A DNA stretch of 38,061 nucleotides from Candidatus Nanohaloarchaea archaeon (lineage in GTDB: Archaea > Nanohalarchaeota > Nanosalinia > Nanosalinales > Nanosalinaceae), in the NCBI GenBank assembly GCA_046497485.1, contig JAWOFP010000056.1, forward strand, positions 1 through 38,061. The letters are read 5' to 3'. Within the stretch, counting starts at the first letter, position 1, and each line of letters starts with the position of its first letter. Below are positions 26,904-36,269 of this stretch, in pieces. Position numbers and translations under genes: made by a program. The notes beneath the pieces are model-generated. The model did not search any database, was not told the DNA's origin, and worked only from the letters and a program-made list of their open reading frames with translations.

Positions 26904-27215
26904 GTGGCCGCTTTCACCTCCTCAAAAGAGGAGTTGAATAAAGCAGATACCTCAGACAAAAAATCTGCAGCGTTCACAAAGGTCTCTTTCTCAGGGAAAA
27001 TTGATTCGAAAGGCCGCATCACTATACCCTCAAGAATTAGAGACAGACTAGGCCTAAGTTCTGGAGACAGGATTAATCTATCGATAAATTCCTCCAGAGT
27101 TATTAGGAAAGAGTTTGACTCTCAGAGAGAAGCTCTGGTATTTCTTTCAGGCCTAGAAAATGTTGAGGGCTTTAATTTCGATGGAGAAGTTCTGGAGGCG
27201 ATTCTCAGTGAGTAA
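26904..27215 (+). CDS. AbrB/MazE/SpoVT-family DNA-binding protein
   Basis: KIDSKGRITIPSRIRDRLGLSSGDRINL; start uncertain. Confidence 0.82.
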   Translation: MAAFTSSKEELNKADTSDKKSAAFTKVSFSGKIDSKGRITIPSRIRDRLGLSSGDRINLSINSSRVIRKEFDSQREALVFLSGLENVEGFNFDGEVLEAILSE

Positions 27216-27873
27216 ATCGTCGGGGAAACAAAGTGCTTTATCTCCTAGCTACAGAGAATTCGGATTTAATCCAACTGAGACTAGCTATCCCTTGAATGAT
27301 CCTAGTAATCGTGGTTCTCTGATCGGTTCTTTCCAGACCGTTTTCACGGAAGAGAACTCGCCCTACGATGAGAACTGGGACTATCAAACAACAGATGATT
27401 TCCTAGAATGGACTAGCGATCAGGACTATGAAGGCCTCTTAGCTGTCGAGGACGGAAGAGTTGTTGGATTTGCATGGGGTTACCGCATAGATCCTGAATC
27501 TGTCTATGTAGACGGAAAGTTTCCGGAAGAACTTAGAGAAGTAGAGCCTGATGTCTACGATGGAGAAACTTTCATGATCGATGAAGTAGGAGTAATGCCT
27601 GAACCATACAGAGGAAATGGTATAGGGACTCAATTGGAAGAAGGCCTACTGGAGAAACTTGACAGCCGAGAAGATATTTCCAGGGCTATGCAGAGAACCC
27701 AGTGGAGCGGAGAAAACACAGGAAAACTCTGGCTTGATGGAAAATCAGGTTTCGAGGCCTTTCTTTATGGAGAAGAAAATGATCCTGTAACCCAAGAAGT
27801 AGAGTTTGTTGGAAAAGAAGGCGGCGATGAAAGAATCTATCTATGGAAAGACCTGGAGAGTGAATTGGAATGA
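27208..27873 (+). CDS. GNAT-family N-acetyltransferase
   Basis: VVGFAWG, IDEVGVMPE, acetyl-CoA motif YRGNGIGTQL; GTG 27208 after a GGAGG SD, overlapping the AbrB stop. Confidence 0.82.
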   Translation: MSKSSGKQSALSPSYREFGFNPTETSYPLNDPSNRGSLIGSFQTVFTEENSPYDENWDYQTTDDFLEWTSDQDYEGLLAVEDGRVVGFAWGYRIDPESVYVDGKFPEELREVEPDVYDGETFMIDEVGVMPEPYRGNGIGTQLEEGLLEKLDSREDISRAMQRTQWSGENTGKLWLDGKSGFEAFLYGEENDPVTQEVEFVGKEGGDERIYLWKDLESELE

Positions 27874-28664
27874 AGGCTTTCCAGAAAGGAGAAGGAGAGC
27901 CTGAGCTAGCAGTTGTCTACTGCACCCACGGAAATGAGGTGGAGGGAAAAAAGGCTGTAGAGAATTTTATTAACTCCAGGACAGAGTTCAAAGAACCTGT
28001 CAAATTTGTGATGGCGAACGAGAAGGCCTATGAGAAAGGAGAAAGATTCGTTGACTCAGATCTGAACCGGAGCTTTCCTGGAAGTAAAGACAGAGAGTTA
28101 TATGAGGAAAGAATCGCAGCCGAGATGATAGAAGAACTTGAAGATCTGAAGGTTCTGGACATTCACTCGACGGAATCCAGGCCTACTCCTTTCTCCCTTT
28201 TCACCTCGAAAGATGAAGAGGTTCTAGAGGCCTTAACAGAGTTGAATGTAAGTAAAGCGGTCGAAATCAGTTTTACTCCTGATTGCGGCATCAACCTTTA
28301 TGGAGGCGTGGAGGTAGAAGTAGGGCCTCGTGGAACCGATGAAGCAGTTAAACAGGCAGAAAAAGTATTGAGACAGTTCTTGGTTAACAACGGAGTCATT
28401 GAGGGGGAAAAGAACAGAAATGTTCCTGAAGTCTTCGAAGTCACTGGAGAAGTGGATAGGCCTGACGGCGACTGGGAATTTCTGGGAGAAAACTTTGTAG
28501 AAATTAAGAAAAAAGAAACTTTTGCTCAATCCGATAAAGGTACTTTAGAGGCCTTGGAATCTTTCTACCCTGTGTTGATGTCGGAGTCATATGACGATAT
28601 CCTTGGATTCAAATCAGTCAAGAATGAAAAGCTAACGGAACTAATACAGTATTATGAATGTTAA
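27870..28664 (+). CDS. succinylglutamate desuccinylase/aspartoacylase family (M14-like) deacylase
   Basis: THGNE, DLNRSFPG, LDIHST; ATGA overlap with the GNAT gene. Confidence 0.88.
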   Translation: MKAFQKGEGEPELAVVYCTHGNEVEGKKAVENFINSRTEFKEPVKFVMANEKAYEKGERFVDSDLNRSFPGSKDRELYEERIAAEMIEELEDLKVLDIHSTESRPTPFSLFTSKDEEVLEALTELNVSKAVEISFTPDCGINLYGGVEVEVGPRGTDEAVKQAEKVLRQFLVNNGVIEGEKNRNVPEVFEVTGEVDRPDGDWEFLGENFVEIKKKETFAQSDKGTLEALESFYPVLMSESYDDILGFKSVKNEKLTELIQYYEC

Positions 28665-29955
28665 TCTTGAGAGTCTGAAAGGAACATATGACCGTTACCC
28701 GAATGAATGGGCATCGTGGAAAAAATTGATTGAAACAGTTGAAGAAACAGCCGATGAATTCGGTTTCAGGCATTTCAACCCTCCGACAATTGAAAGACAG
28801 GAACTTTGGACGGAGAAAGAGGAAGACTCTGTCACAGATGAGATGTACGCTTTCACAGATAAAGGAGGAAATGAGATAACTTTAATACCAGAGCAGACGC
28901 CTACACGAGCTAGATTAATTCAGAAGAGAAAGGATCTCAAGACCCCAGTGAAATGGTATGATACTTCCAAGAGATGGAGATATGAGGACGTTACAAAAGG
29001 CAGGGATCGAGAGTTTCTTCAGGGAGACTTTGACATATTTGGGATAGAATCAGTTGAGGCCGACGCGGAAGTTATATCAGCTGCTGCAACAGTATTCAAA
29101 AAATTAGATTTAGAGGATAGAGTCAAGTTCCTGGTAAATGATAGAGCATTGCTTGAATCAATTCTGGAAGCCCATGGCATTGAGGAGACAGAGGCCTCCA
29201 TGAAGGTAATTGACGATAAAGAGAAAATGAGTGAAGATGAGTTCCTTAAAGATTTAATGGATCGAGGCCTTTCAAAGAAAGATGCTGAACAGGTCGATGA
29301 ATTAACGGATATTTCAGGTCCGATTTTGGAGAATATAGATGAGTTAAGGGAGAAAGCTCCGGAAGAGGTTCAGGACAGAGTAGATAGAATGGAGAGTTTG
29401 GGAGAAGCATTGGAGAGTTATGATGTGGCAGATATGTGTAAATTTGATTTATCTATTGTCAGAGGCCTCGCATACTATACAGGCCTGGTTTTTGAAGCAT
29501 TTGACTCTGAGGGAGAGCTTAGAGCACTATTCGGCGGAGGCCGTTACGATGAGTTGGTCGGTGTTTTTGGAGATAGAGATGTTCCCGCAGTAGGATTCGC
29601 ATTTGGTTACTCTCCGACCGTTGAACTGCTGAAAAAAGAGGGCAGATGGCCTCTCAAAGAGATTGAGACTGATGTCTATGTCCTGACAGTTTCCGATTCT
29701 GTCCGAGATGTCGGACTTGAGTATGCCAGAGAACTAAGAGAACAAGGCCTAAAGGTAGAGACTGATTTAAGCAGCAGAGGTTTTGGCTCTCAGCTAGAGT
29801 ATGCTGACTCAATCAACGCTGAGAGAGTCCTGATTGTCGGTGAGCGAGACCTTGAGAACGGCGAAGTAACTATGAAGCATATGGACTCTGGAGAAGAAGA
29901 GAACCTGGATGAAGATAAAGTAGTTGAACACTTGAAAGGCGAGGACTTTATCTGA
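28654..29955 (+). CDS. hisS: histidine--tRNA ligase
   Basis: LKGTYD, LIPEQT, WRYE...GRDREFLQ, VRGLAYYTG, GGGRYD, AVGFAFG, C-terminal anticodon-binding domain. Confidence 0.97.
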   Translation: MNVNLESLKGTYDRYPNEWASWKKLIETVEETADEFGFRHFNPPTIERQELWTEKEEDSVTDEMYAFTDKGGNEITLIPEQTPTRARLIQKRKDLKTPVKWYDTSKRWRYEDVTKGRDREFLQGDFDIFGIESVEADAEVISAAATVFKKLDLEDRVKFLVNDRALLESILEAHGIEETEASMKVIDDKEKMSEDEFLKDLMDRGLSKKDAEQVDELTDISGPILENIDELREKAPEEVQDRVDRMESLGEALESYDVADMCKFDLSIVRGLAYYTGLVFEAFDSEGELRALFGGGRYDELVGVFGDRDVPAVGFAFGYSPTVELLKKEGRWPLKEIETDVYVLTVSDSVRDVGLEYARELREQGLKVETDLSSRGFGSQLEYADSINAERVLIVGERDLENGEVTMKHMDSGEEENLDEDKVVEHLKGEDFI

Positions 29956-30328
29956 ACTCTTTCAGGTTCTTCTGCTCTTTTTCTTCCTCCTTATAGAAAT
30001 TATACTCTCTTACAATCCATCTAGTAATTAAATTAACTATAGAATCTACTTCCTTATCTGTTAGAGGCCTTCCAGCAGGTATTCTATGTGCTCTAGAAAG
30101 TTCTTTTCTATATGAGCAACGGCATGCATGCATCGCCTTATAAACCGGGTTTCCTGCGTTAGGAGTCTGAACACCGTCATTTTTAGGCTGCTTACGGAGC
30201 TTTTGCTCTACTATATCTCTTACCTGCTCCTTAATTCCCGGAACTCCTAGCTCCTTGATTAGAGCGATATCTCTATCCTCTAACCTAGGCATATCTTCTC
30301 CTCTTCCAGGAAGTTCCAAACGGCGCAT
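29948..30328 (-). CDS. DUF4186-like protein
   Basis: NDGVQTP..GNPVYKAMHA....R..L...H.IP.GRPLT..E...IV..I.RW pattern. Confidence 0.7.
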   Translation of the reverse strand: MRRLELPGRGEDMPRLEDRDIALIKELGVPGIKEQVRDIVEQKLRKQPKNDGVQTPNAGNPVYKAMHACRCSYRKELSRAHRIPAGRPLTDKEVDSIVNLITRWIVREYNFYKEEEKEQKNLKEFR

Positions 30329-30390
30329 ATCTAGGTTTAGTCCTCTGAATGTTAAAACAGTATTTAAAAATCAATCCGACTTCTCTAGAT

Positions 30391-31590
30391 ATGCCATACA
30401 AGATAGGCCTCGTAGGAAAGCCAAGCGTTGGAAAGTCTACGTTTTTCAACGCAGCGACGATGAACACAGTGAATGAAGCAAACTATCCTTTCACAACAAT
30501 CGAACCTTCAGTGGGAGAGGCCTATGTAAGAGTCCAAGACGCGGCCCCAGACTTTGGAGAAGAGCCGGATCCACGGGTCGGATACTACCACCACGGCACA
30601 AGGTACGTGCCTGTGAAGCTAGTCGATGTCGCAGGACTAGTACCGGGAGCACATGAGGGTAAAGGCCTCGGAAACCAGTTTTTAACAGACTTGAATGAAG
30701 CTGATGTACTTATACATGTGGTCGATTTCTCCGGCGAGACCGATATAGAGGGCGAACCGACTTCAGGCCACGACCCAAGAGAAGACATAGATTTTCTGGA
30801 AAACGAACTAGACCAATGGTACCTAGATATCCTCAAGAAAGGAATTGAACGCTACGATGGAAAACAGAGACAACAAGATGTCAAGCTTGAGGAAGAACTA
30901 GCCGAACAAATGTCAGCTTTCAAGGTAAACAAGAACCAGATCAAACAACTAATACTGAGACAAGATCTAGAGCTAGATCCAGATACCTGGGATGATAAAG
31001 ACAAGCTAGGCCTGGCAAGAGCAGTAAGAAAAGATACTAAACCGATCGTTATCGCAGCCAACAAGATGGACCTAGAAAAGTCACAGGAGAATTTTAAGGA
31101 AATCAAAAACGATGAAGAATACGAACACCTTGAATTTGTCCCTTGCAGCGCTCACGCAGAAAAGGCCTTGAAAAACGCGGATGAAAAAGAACTGATCGAG
31201 TACTGGCCTGGAAATGATTATTTTGAGATTTTACAGGAAGATGAAATGAATGACCAGCAGAAAAAGGCCTTGGAAGATGTCAGAGATTTCATAAATGAAT
31301 TCGGAAGCACAGGAGTGCAAGAAGTCATGGAGAAGGCCTTATTCGATGTATTAGAAGTTATAGCAGTCTTCCCTGGAGGAGCAGATGGATTAGGTGACAA
31401 GCATGGAAATATTTTGCCTGATTGTTTCCTGATTCCAGGAGGATCAACGGCAGAAGACTTCGCATATGAGATCCACTCAGATATAGGAGACGGATTTATT
31501 CATGCGATTGACTGCCGAGATAACCGCCAAATCGGCGGAGACCACGAATTAGAGCATAGAGATGTTATCGAAATTATTACCTCAAATTAA
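30391..31590 (+). CDS. ychF: Obg-family YchF/Ola1-like ATPase (archaeal type)
   Basis: GKPSVGKST, NYPFTTIEP, DVAGLVPGA, GLGNQFL, NKMD, C-terminal TGS domain; ATG 30391. Confidence 0.93.
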   Translation: MPYKIGLVGKPSVGKSTFFNAATMNTVNEANYPFTTIEPSVGEAYVRVQDAAPDFGEEPDPRVGYYHHGTRYVPVKLVDVAGLVPGAHEGKGLGNQFLTDLNEADVLIHVVDFSGETDIEGEPTSGHDPREDIDFLENELDQWYLDILKKGIERYDGKQRQQDVKLEEELAEQMSAFKVNKNQIKQLILRQDLELDPDTWDDKDKLGLARAVRKDTKPIVIAANKMDLEKSQENFKEIKNDEEYEHLEFVPCSAHAEKALKNADEKELIEYWPGNDYFEILQEDEMNDQQKKALEDVRDFINEFGSTGVQEVMEKALFDVLEVIAVFPGGADGLGDKHGNILPDCFLIPGGSTAEDFAYEIHSDIGDGFIHAIDCRDNRQIGGDHELEHRDVIEIITSN

Positions 31591-31603
31591 AGTCTCAATT
31601 GAT

Positions 31604-32083
31604 TTAGCTGAAAAATCCTGAAATCCAGGTTCTAAACCTTGCCATCATACTAGTACTTTGAGACTCTTCAATTTGGACAGTTGAATTATCTGAGTTAACA
31701 ACTTCTTCATCTACTATAACTTCATAACTTACATCATACTCTCCGTCCTCAAACTCATCCAAGGCCTCAAACTCTACAGGAGTAATAACCTGGGTCACAA
31801 ACTCTTGATCGCTTGGAGAACTCAATCTGAAAACTGCGTTAATTTCATCTCCGTCCTGAGTTATACTCTGTTCCAGCAAACCATACCCACCAGTATTAGC
31901 GCAGTAAAGGCCTTCAACCGATACTTCAGAACCATTTACAGAGATATTCGCATCAGCCTCACCAATACCTACACCATTACAGCCATCAGACTCCGACTGA
32001 ACAAAAACAGTAGAACTGGAAAAACCCATTGAAAGGCCTAAAAGCATAGTAACTCCAATCGCAAGGCCTAGATATTTCTTCAT
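31604..32083 (-). CDS. secreted protein with PrcB C-terminal-like domain
   Basis: Sec-type signal peptide; NTGGY...P....VTQVITP pattern. Confidence 0.6.
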   Translation of the reverse strand: MKKYLGLAIGVTMLLGLSMGFSSSTVFVQSESDGCNGVGIGEADANISVNGSEVSVEGLYCANTGGYGLLEQSITQDGDEINAVFRLSSPSDQEFVTQVITPVEFEALDEFEDGEYDVSYEVIVDEEVVNSDNSTVQIEESQSTSMMARFRTWISGFFS

Positions 32084-32196
32084 AATTATTTATTATCAAT
32101 CTGATGGTTTATATTTAACTATTATCCTCTATTTTGGAACTGATTAATTCCATAATAATTACTCAAAAATAGAAGAAAAAGGTTAGACCGTTAGGC

Positions 32197-35145
32197 CTAA
32201 CATTTGCTCCATCCACATGAAGGGCATTTTTTGCAGCCTTCTTGTAGTTCGAGCATTCCTCCGCAGTCTGGGCATTCTGGATTGTCGCCTCCGCTGATTA
32301 TGGATGCGACATCACCTGTGCTGTCTGCGAATTCTTCTGTCTCGGTTTTGGCTTGGACTTGTCCTTGGTCGAACTCGTCAACTTTTTGCTGGCTTCCTGA
32401 TTCCATTCCGAGGTGTCGCTTCATTGCTTCTGCGACTGCGTCAGGAACTGAGTGGATCTGTTTTCCGCCGTCCCATGAGATCTGAGGGCTTCGGATGTCA
32501 TCTAACTGGTTGATGACGTCTTCTCCTGATGCACCTGATCTTAGGGCGAGTGAGATCGTTCTTCCTAGGCCTTCTGTGAAAGACTGTGTGTAGCCTCCTG
32601 CTTTCCCGATTTGTGCGAATACTTCGAAAGGTCCGTCCTCGTCATCATTGATGGTGACGAAGAGGTCTCCATAGGCTGTCTCGATTTCCTGTGTTGTGCC
32701 TTGGATTACTTTAGGCCTTTCTCTTGCGCCTTCTTTGCTCATGGAGGTTGAAGCTGCCTGTTCTTCTGTATCTGCTTCTATTCCTTCCTGAGTTACTTCT
32801 TGGGAAAGATCTTCTGACTCGGTTTCTGCTTCTACTCCTGAGGCATTTGATCCTTCTTCCTGTAGCTGTAGGCCTGTCTGGCTTACTACTTCCTCGAATT
32901 CGTTGGATTGGACTAATTCTTCTGCACCTCCGAACTCTTCAACTATTTCGGAGAGCATATCGACCTTGTCCATGTCTGTCAACGTGTTTTCTTTGTTGGT
33001 CTGCATGACCTGTGTGTCACGTGTTCCGTCACGGTAGACCGTCATACCTTTGATTCCTTTGTCGTAAGCTCTCATGTAGGCCTCTCTTACGTCTTCCTTA
33101 GTTGCTGAGTTAGGGAAGTTGCATGTCTTTGAGATGCCTGAATGGTTGTAGTACTGGAAAGCCGCCTGGATATCGACGTGCTCCTCAGCGCTTACCTGAT
33201 TAGCTGTGGCGAAGATTTCCTTTACATGAGGCGGTAGAATTTCGTCAGGGATTGATTTGACTCCGTCCCATTCGTTGTTCTCCATCTTCTCCTGTGCAGC
33301 AGCTTTGACTTCTTCTACATCTACATCGTTAGCTTCTAATGCTTTGATGAAGTAGTCGTCGAACTCGACAAGCATGTCTTCTCCCTGAATGTCTTTTGCA
33401 ACATTCTTGAAGTATGCCAGGCTGAAGATTGGCTCGCATCCTCCGGAGGTGTTTCCGATCATACTTGTTGTTCCGGTCGGTGCGATTGTCACAGTATTGT
33501 GGTTTCTCAACTTGAGACCGTCTTCGAAATCTTGTGGGTCTAGGCCTCCTGTGTACTGTTCGAACCATTCTGGGTACTCTGTTGGGTTTGCCCATTTTGA
33601 GTCATCCCATTCACTGAATGCTCCTCTTTCTTCTGCTAGAGAGTGTGATGCTTCGATTGAGTATCTTGTGATCTGTCTCTGGATTTCTTTTGCGGCTGCA
33701 ATCGATTCATCGCTTCCGTAACGAATTCCAAGCTGCATCATCATCTGTGCGTATCCCATTAATCCGAGTCCGACTTTTCTCATCGAACTGACTTTGTCTT
33801 CGATCTTTTCGAGTGGGAAATCGCTCATTGTTACAACGTTGTCGAGGAATCTAAGCCCTGTCTTTGCGACATATTCAAATTCTTCCATATCAACTGCTTC
33901 AGGGACGTAGTCCTGCATTGCTCTTTCAAGGCCGTCCTGAGTATCTAAATCATAGGCTGAGCCTTTCTTCTCCTTCCATTCATCGAAAGTTAAAGCGGTT
34001 CCGTCGCCTTGATCATCGACAAGCAATGATAGATTGATGTGTCCTAGATTACAGGCCTCATAGTTTTCAAGAGGCTGTTCACCACAAGGGTTTGTGGCCT
34101 CTACTTTGTGTTCCGGATGTTTTTCGACGTCAAATGAGTGCATGTCATTGGTTTCATCGTACATGTATAGGCCTGGTTCTCCGTTTCTCCATGCGCCGTC
34201 GATAAGTGTTTCCCAGATGAATCGTGCTGGAAGCGTCATTTCTTCTCCTGGCTCTAGATCTATATCGTATTCCTTGACTTCTTCTCCAAATGTTGGTGCG
34301 AAGTCTCTCCAGAAGTTGTCGTTTCTTCCTGAATCAGATCCTGCGGCTTCAGGATACCAGTCTTCGTCCCTGTTGTAGAACTCTGCTGTTTTCTCGTTTA
34401 CAATATGAGGTTCGTCGGTTCTCGGGTTGATTAGTGTGTATTCTTCATCGTTTTTGACTGCTTCCATGAAGTCTTCTGTGAGTCCGACTGAGATGTTGAA
34501 GTTGGATAGGTTTCCTTCCTTTCTCTTTGAGGTTACGAAACGCAGTACGTCAGGGTGGTCGACTCGCATGATCCCCATCTGTGCTCCACGTCTTTTCCCT
34601 CCTTGCTTGATTGTTCCACACATGGTGTCGAATACTTGCTGGAATGTCATAGGTCCGGAAGCGATTCCTCCTGTGGACTTGACTTGATCTCCTTTAGGCC
34701 TCAGTAAATGGAAAGGGTATCCCATTCCTCCTCCGCTCTGGAAGATCTTTGCAGCGTCGTGAACAGTATTGAAAATTGAATCCATGTCGTCCTTAGGATG
34801 CGCTACGAAACATGCGGAAAGCTGCTGTAGTTCTGCTCCAGCGTTCATCAGTGTTGGACTGTTAGGCATGAAGGCCTGGTGTGTCATCAGGTCGAAGAAT
34901 TCTTTCCAGGATTCCTCGTAGTCTGTGTGTTCAAATTCTTTGTCTGGCTGTGCAACGTTTTTTGCTACGCGTTCAAACATTTCTTCTGGAGTTTCAGTTA
35001 CGTCACCGTTCTCGTCTTTGAGAAGGTATCGGGCCGGCAGAATGCGTTCGTACGCATTCTCTGTCAGCCTTTCTTCAACTGTATCTCCTGTTACTCTTTT
35101 TACAGGTAGTTTAAAGTCTGTCTTCGATTCTAATTTATTCGGCAT
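32197..35145 (-). CDS. nrdJ: class II (adenosylcobalamin-dependent) ribonucleotide reductase with C-terminal TSCPD-like and Zn-ribbon domains
   Basis: [53 protein letters not shown], terminal CPDC...CPSC; no intein seen. Confidence 0.96.
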   Translation of the reverse strand: MPNKLESKTDFKLPVKRVTGDTVEERLTENAYERILPARYLLKDENGDVTETPEEMFERVAKNVAQPDKEFEHTDYEESWKEFFDLMTHQAFMPNSPTLMNAGAELQQLSACFVAHPKDDMDSIFNTVHDAAKIFQSGGGMGYPFHLLRPKGDQVKSTGGIASGPMTFQQVFDTMCGTIKQGGKRRGAQMGIMRVDHPDVLRFVTSKRKEGNLSNFNISVGLTEDFMEAVKNDEEYTLINPRTDEPHIVNEKTAEFYNRDEDWYPEAAGSDSGRNDNFWRDFAPTFGEEVKEYDIDLEPGEEMTLPARFIWETLIDGAWRNGEPGLYMYDETNDMHSFDVEKHPEHKVEATNPCGEQPLENYEACNLGHINLSLLVDDQGDGTALTFDEWKEKKGSAYDLDTQDGLERAMQDYVPEAVDMEEFEYVAKTGLRFLDNVVTMSDFPLEKIEDKVSSMRKVGLGLMGYAQMMMQLGIRYGSDESIAAAKEIQRQITRYSIEASHSLAEERGAFSEWDDSKWANPTEYPEWFEQYTGGLDPQDFEDGLKLRNHNTVTIAPTGTTSMIGNTSGGCEPIFSLAYFKNVAKDIQGEDMLVEFDDYFIKALEANDVDVEEVKAAAQEKMENNEWDGVKSIPDEILPPHVKEIFATANQVSAEEHVDIQAAFQYYNHSGISKTCNFPNSATKEDVREAYMRAYDKGIKGMTVYRDGTRDTQVMQTNKENTLTDMDKVDMLSEIVEEFGGAEELVQSNEFEEVVSQTGLQLQEEGSNASGVEAETESEDLSQEVTQEGIEADTEEQAASTSMSKEGARERPKVIQGTTQEIETAYGDLFVTINDDEDGPFEVFAQIGKAGGYTQSFTEGLGRTISLALRSGASGEDVINQLDDIRSPQISWDGGKQIHSVPDAVAEAMKRHLGMESGSQQKVDEFDQGQVQAKTETEEFADSTGDVASIISGGDNPECPDCGGMLELQEGCKKCPSCGWSKC

Positions 35146-35170
35146 TGTGTCACCTTAATATAGGATTGAG

Positions 35171-35608
35171 TTATTCTTTTAGCGACTCTACTTCCTTCTG
35201 GAACGATTCCAGGTCTTCAAATGAGTCATAGACTGATGCAAATCTGATATAGGCCACTTCGTTTCTCTTTTTGAGTTCTTCCTTGATTATTTGGCCTATT
35301 TCTTTGGAGGGTACTTTTTTCCTGTTTTTAACCTCCGATTTCACTTTTTCAATAATCTCGTCTATCTGGTCTTCTTCTACAGATGTATTTTTGACCGCCT
35401 TTTCGAGGCCTGCTCTTATTTTATCTTCACTGAACTGTTCGATTTCCCCATCGCTTTTCTCGACTTTCAGATTCAGTGATTCGACTTCCTCGTAAGTTGT
35501 AAATCTTTCCTCACATTCCTTGCATTCTCTTCGTCTTCTGACACGGTGTTCGCTTTCACGAGTGTCCACTACTTTCGTGTCTCCTTCTTCACAGTAGATG
35601 CATTTCAC
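35171..35608 (-). CDS. nrdR: transcriptional repressor NrdR
   Basis: CIYC...VVDTR...RRRRECKEC..RFTTYE zinc ribbon, ATP-cone, VAYIRFASVY. Confidence 0.96.
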   Translation of the reverse strand: MKCIYCEEGDTKVVDTRESEHRVRRRRECKECEERFTTYEEVESLNLKVEKSDGEIEQFSEDKIRAGLEKAVKNTSVEEDQIDEIIEKVKSEVKNRKKVPSKEIGQIIKEELKKRNEVAYIRFASVYDSFEDLESFQKEVESLKE

Positions 35609-35637
35609 TATAGTTACCTCTAACCGATTTAATTGAT

Positions 35638-35706
35638 GTACTACATATAGGTAGAATTCTCTACCCTCCCCACTACATATCGTAGTTCCTTACCTAGATG
35701 TTGTGG
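35638..35706. promoter_or_regulatory. three NrdR boxes: 35638-35653 GTACTACATATAGGTA, 35670-35685 CCACTACATATCGTAG, 35691-35706 TACCTAGATGTTGTGG
   Basis: Match to the bacterial NrdR-box consensus (acaCwAtATaTwGtgt), spaced 32 and 21 bp, just downstream of a minus-strand TATAAAAG (35714-35721). Confidence 0.8.
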
Positions 35707-35808
35707 GTTACTCCTTTTATACTCTTTCATGTTCAGGCCTAACGAATATTCATCAGAAGGTAGCGAAAGCTGTAACAGATTATAACCTTTAGGTTAGACT
35801 AAATTAAC

Positions 35809-36225
35809 ATGGCACATCACTACGCTGGTGGGACCCCCGAAGAACATGAACTAAACAAACAGGAAAGAATGAATTACGTTGTAGAAACTATAGGAGATGA
35901 AGAATCTGGCGAAATAAACTTTGAAGGCGTTAGAGAAGCACTAACACAAGATATTCGTCAAGATACCATAGCAAGAATTGAAGGAATGGAACTAGCTAAA
36001 AAAGATGATAACTACTTCCACGTGCTTGAAACGGTAGCACACAGCGACACACAGTATACTGAAGAGATGGCGAAAGAGTCAAACCTATCTAGAGGAGAAT
36101 TTTTTGCAACACTCGGCCAAATGGCGGAAGAGGGTTATCTTGTACAAAACGGTTCAACAGAATTAACTGATCAAGGAGAAAGCGCACTAATAGGGACATA
36201 CATCCTGATGGACGAACACGAGTAA
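35809..36225 (+). CDS. hypothetical protein, possible C-terminal winged-helix
   Basis: TEEMAKESNLSRGEFFATLGQMAEEGYL...ELTDQG wHTH-like pattern. Confidence 0.65.
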   Translation: MAHHYAGGTPEEHELNKQERMNYVVETIGDEESGEINFEGVREALTQDIRQDTIARIEGMELAKKDDNYFHVLETVAHSDTQYTEEMAKESNLSRGEFFATLGQMAEEGYLVQNGSTELTDQGESALIGTYILMDEHE

Positions 36226-36269
36226 CCTATCTTTTGAAAACATTAGACCCCAATGAAGTTAATATAAAG

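Noticed and set aside
27160..27207. Upstream start for the GNAT gene
   Set aside because: GTG 27208 has a GGAGG SD and only a short overlap with the AbrB gene.
32204..35158. Many Ser-rich + strand ORFs opposite nrdJ (and similar ones opposite pyk, ychF, PAN-like and PINA genes)
   Set aside because: Expected antisense shadows of Glu/Asp-rich genes; no motifs.
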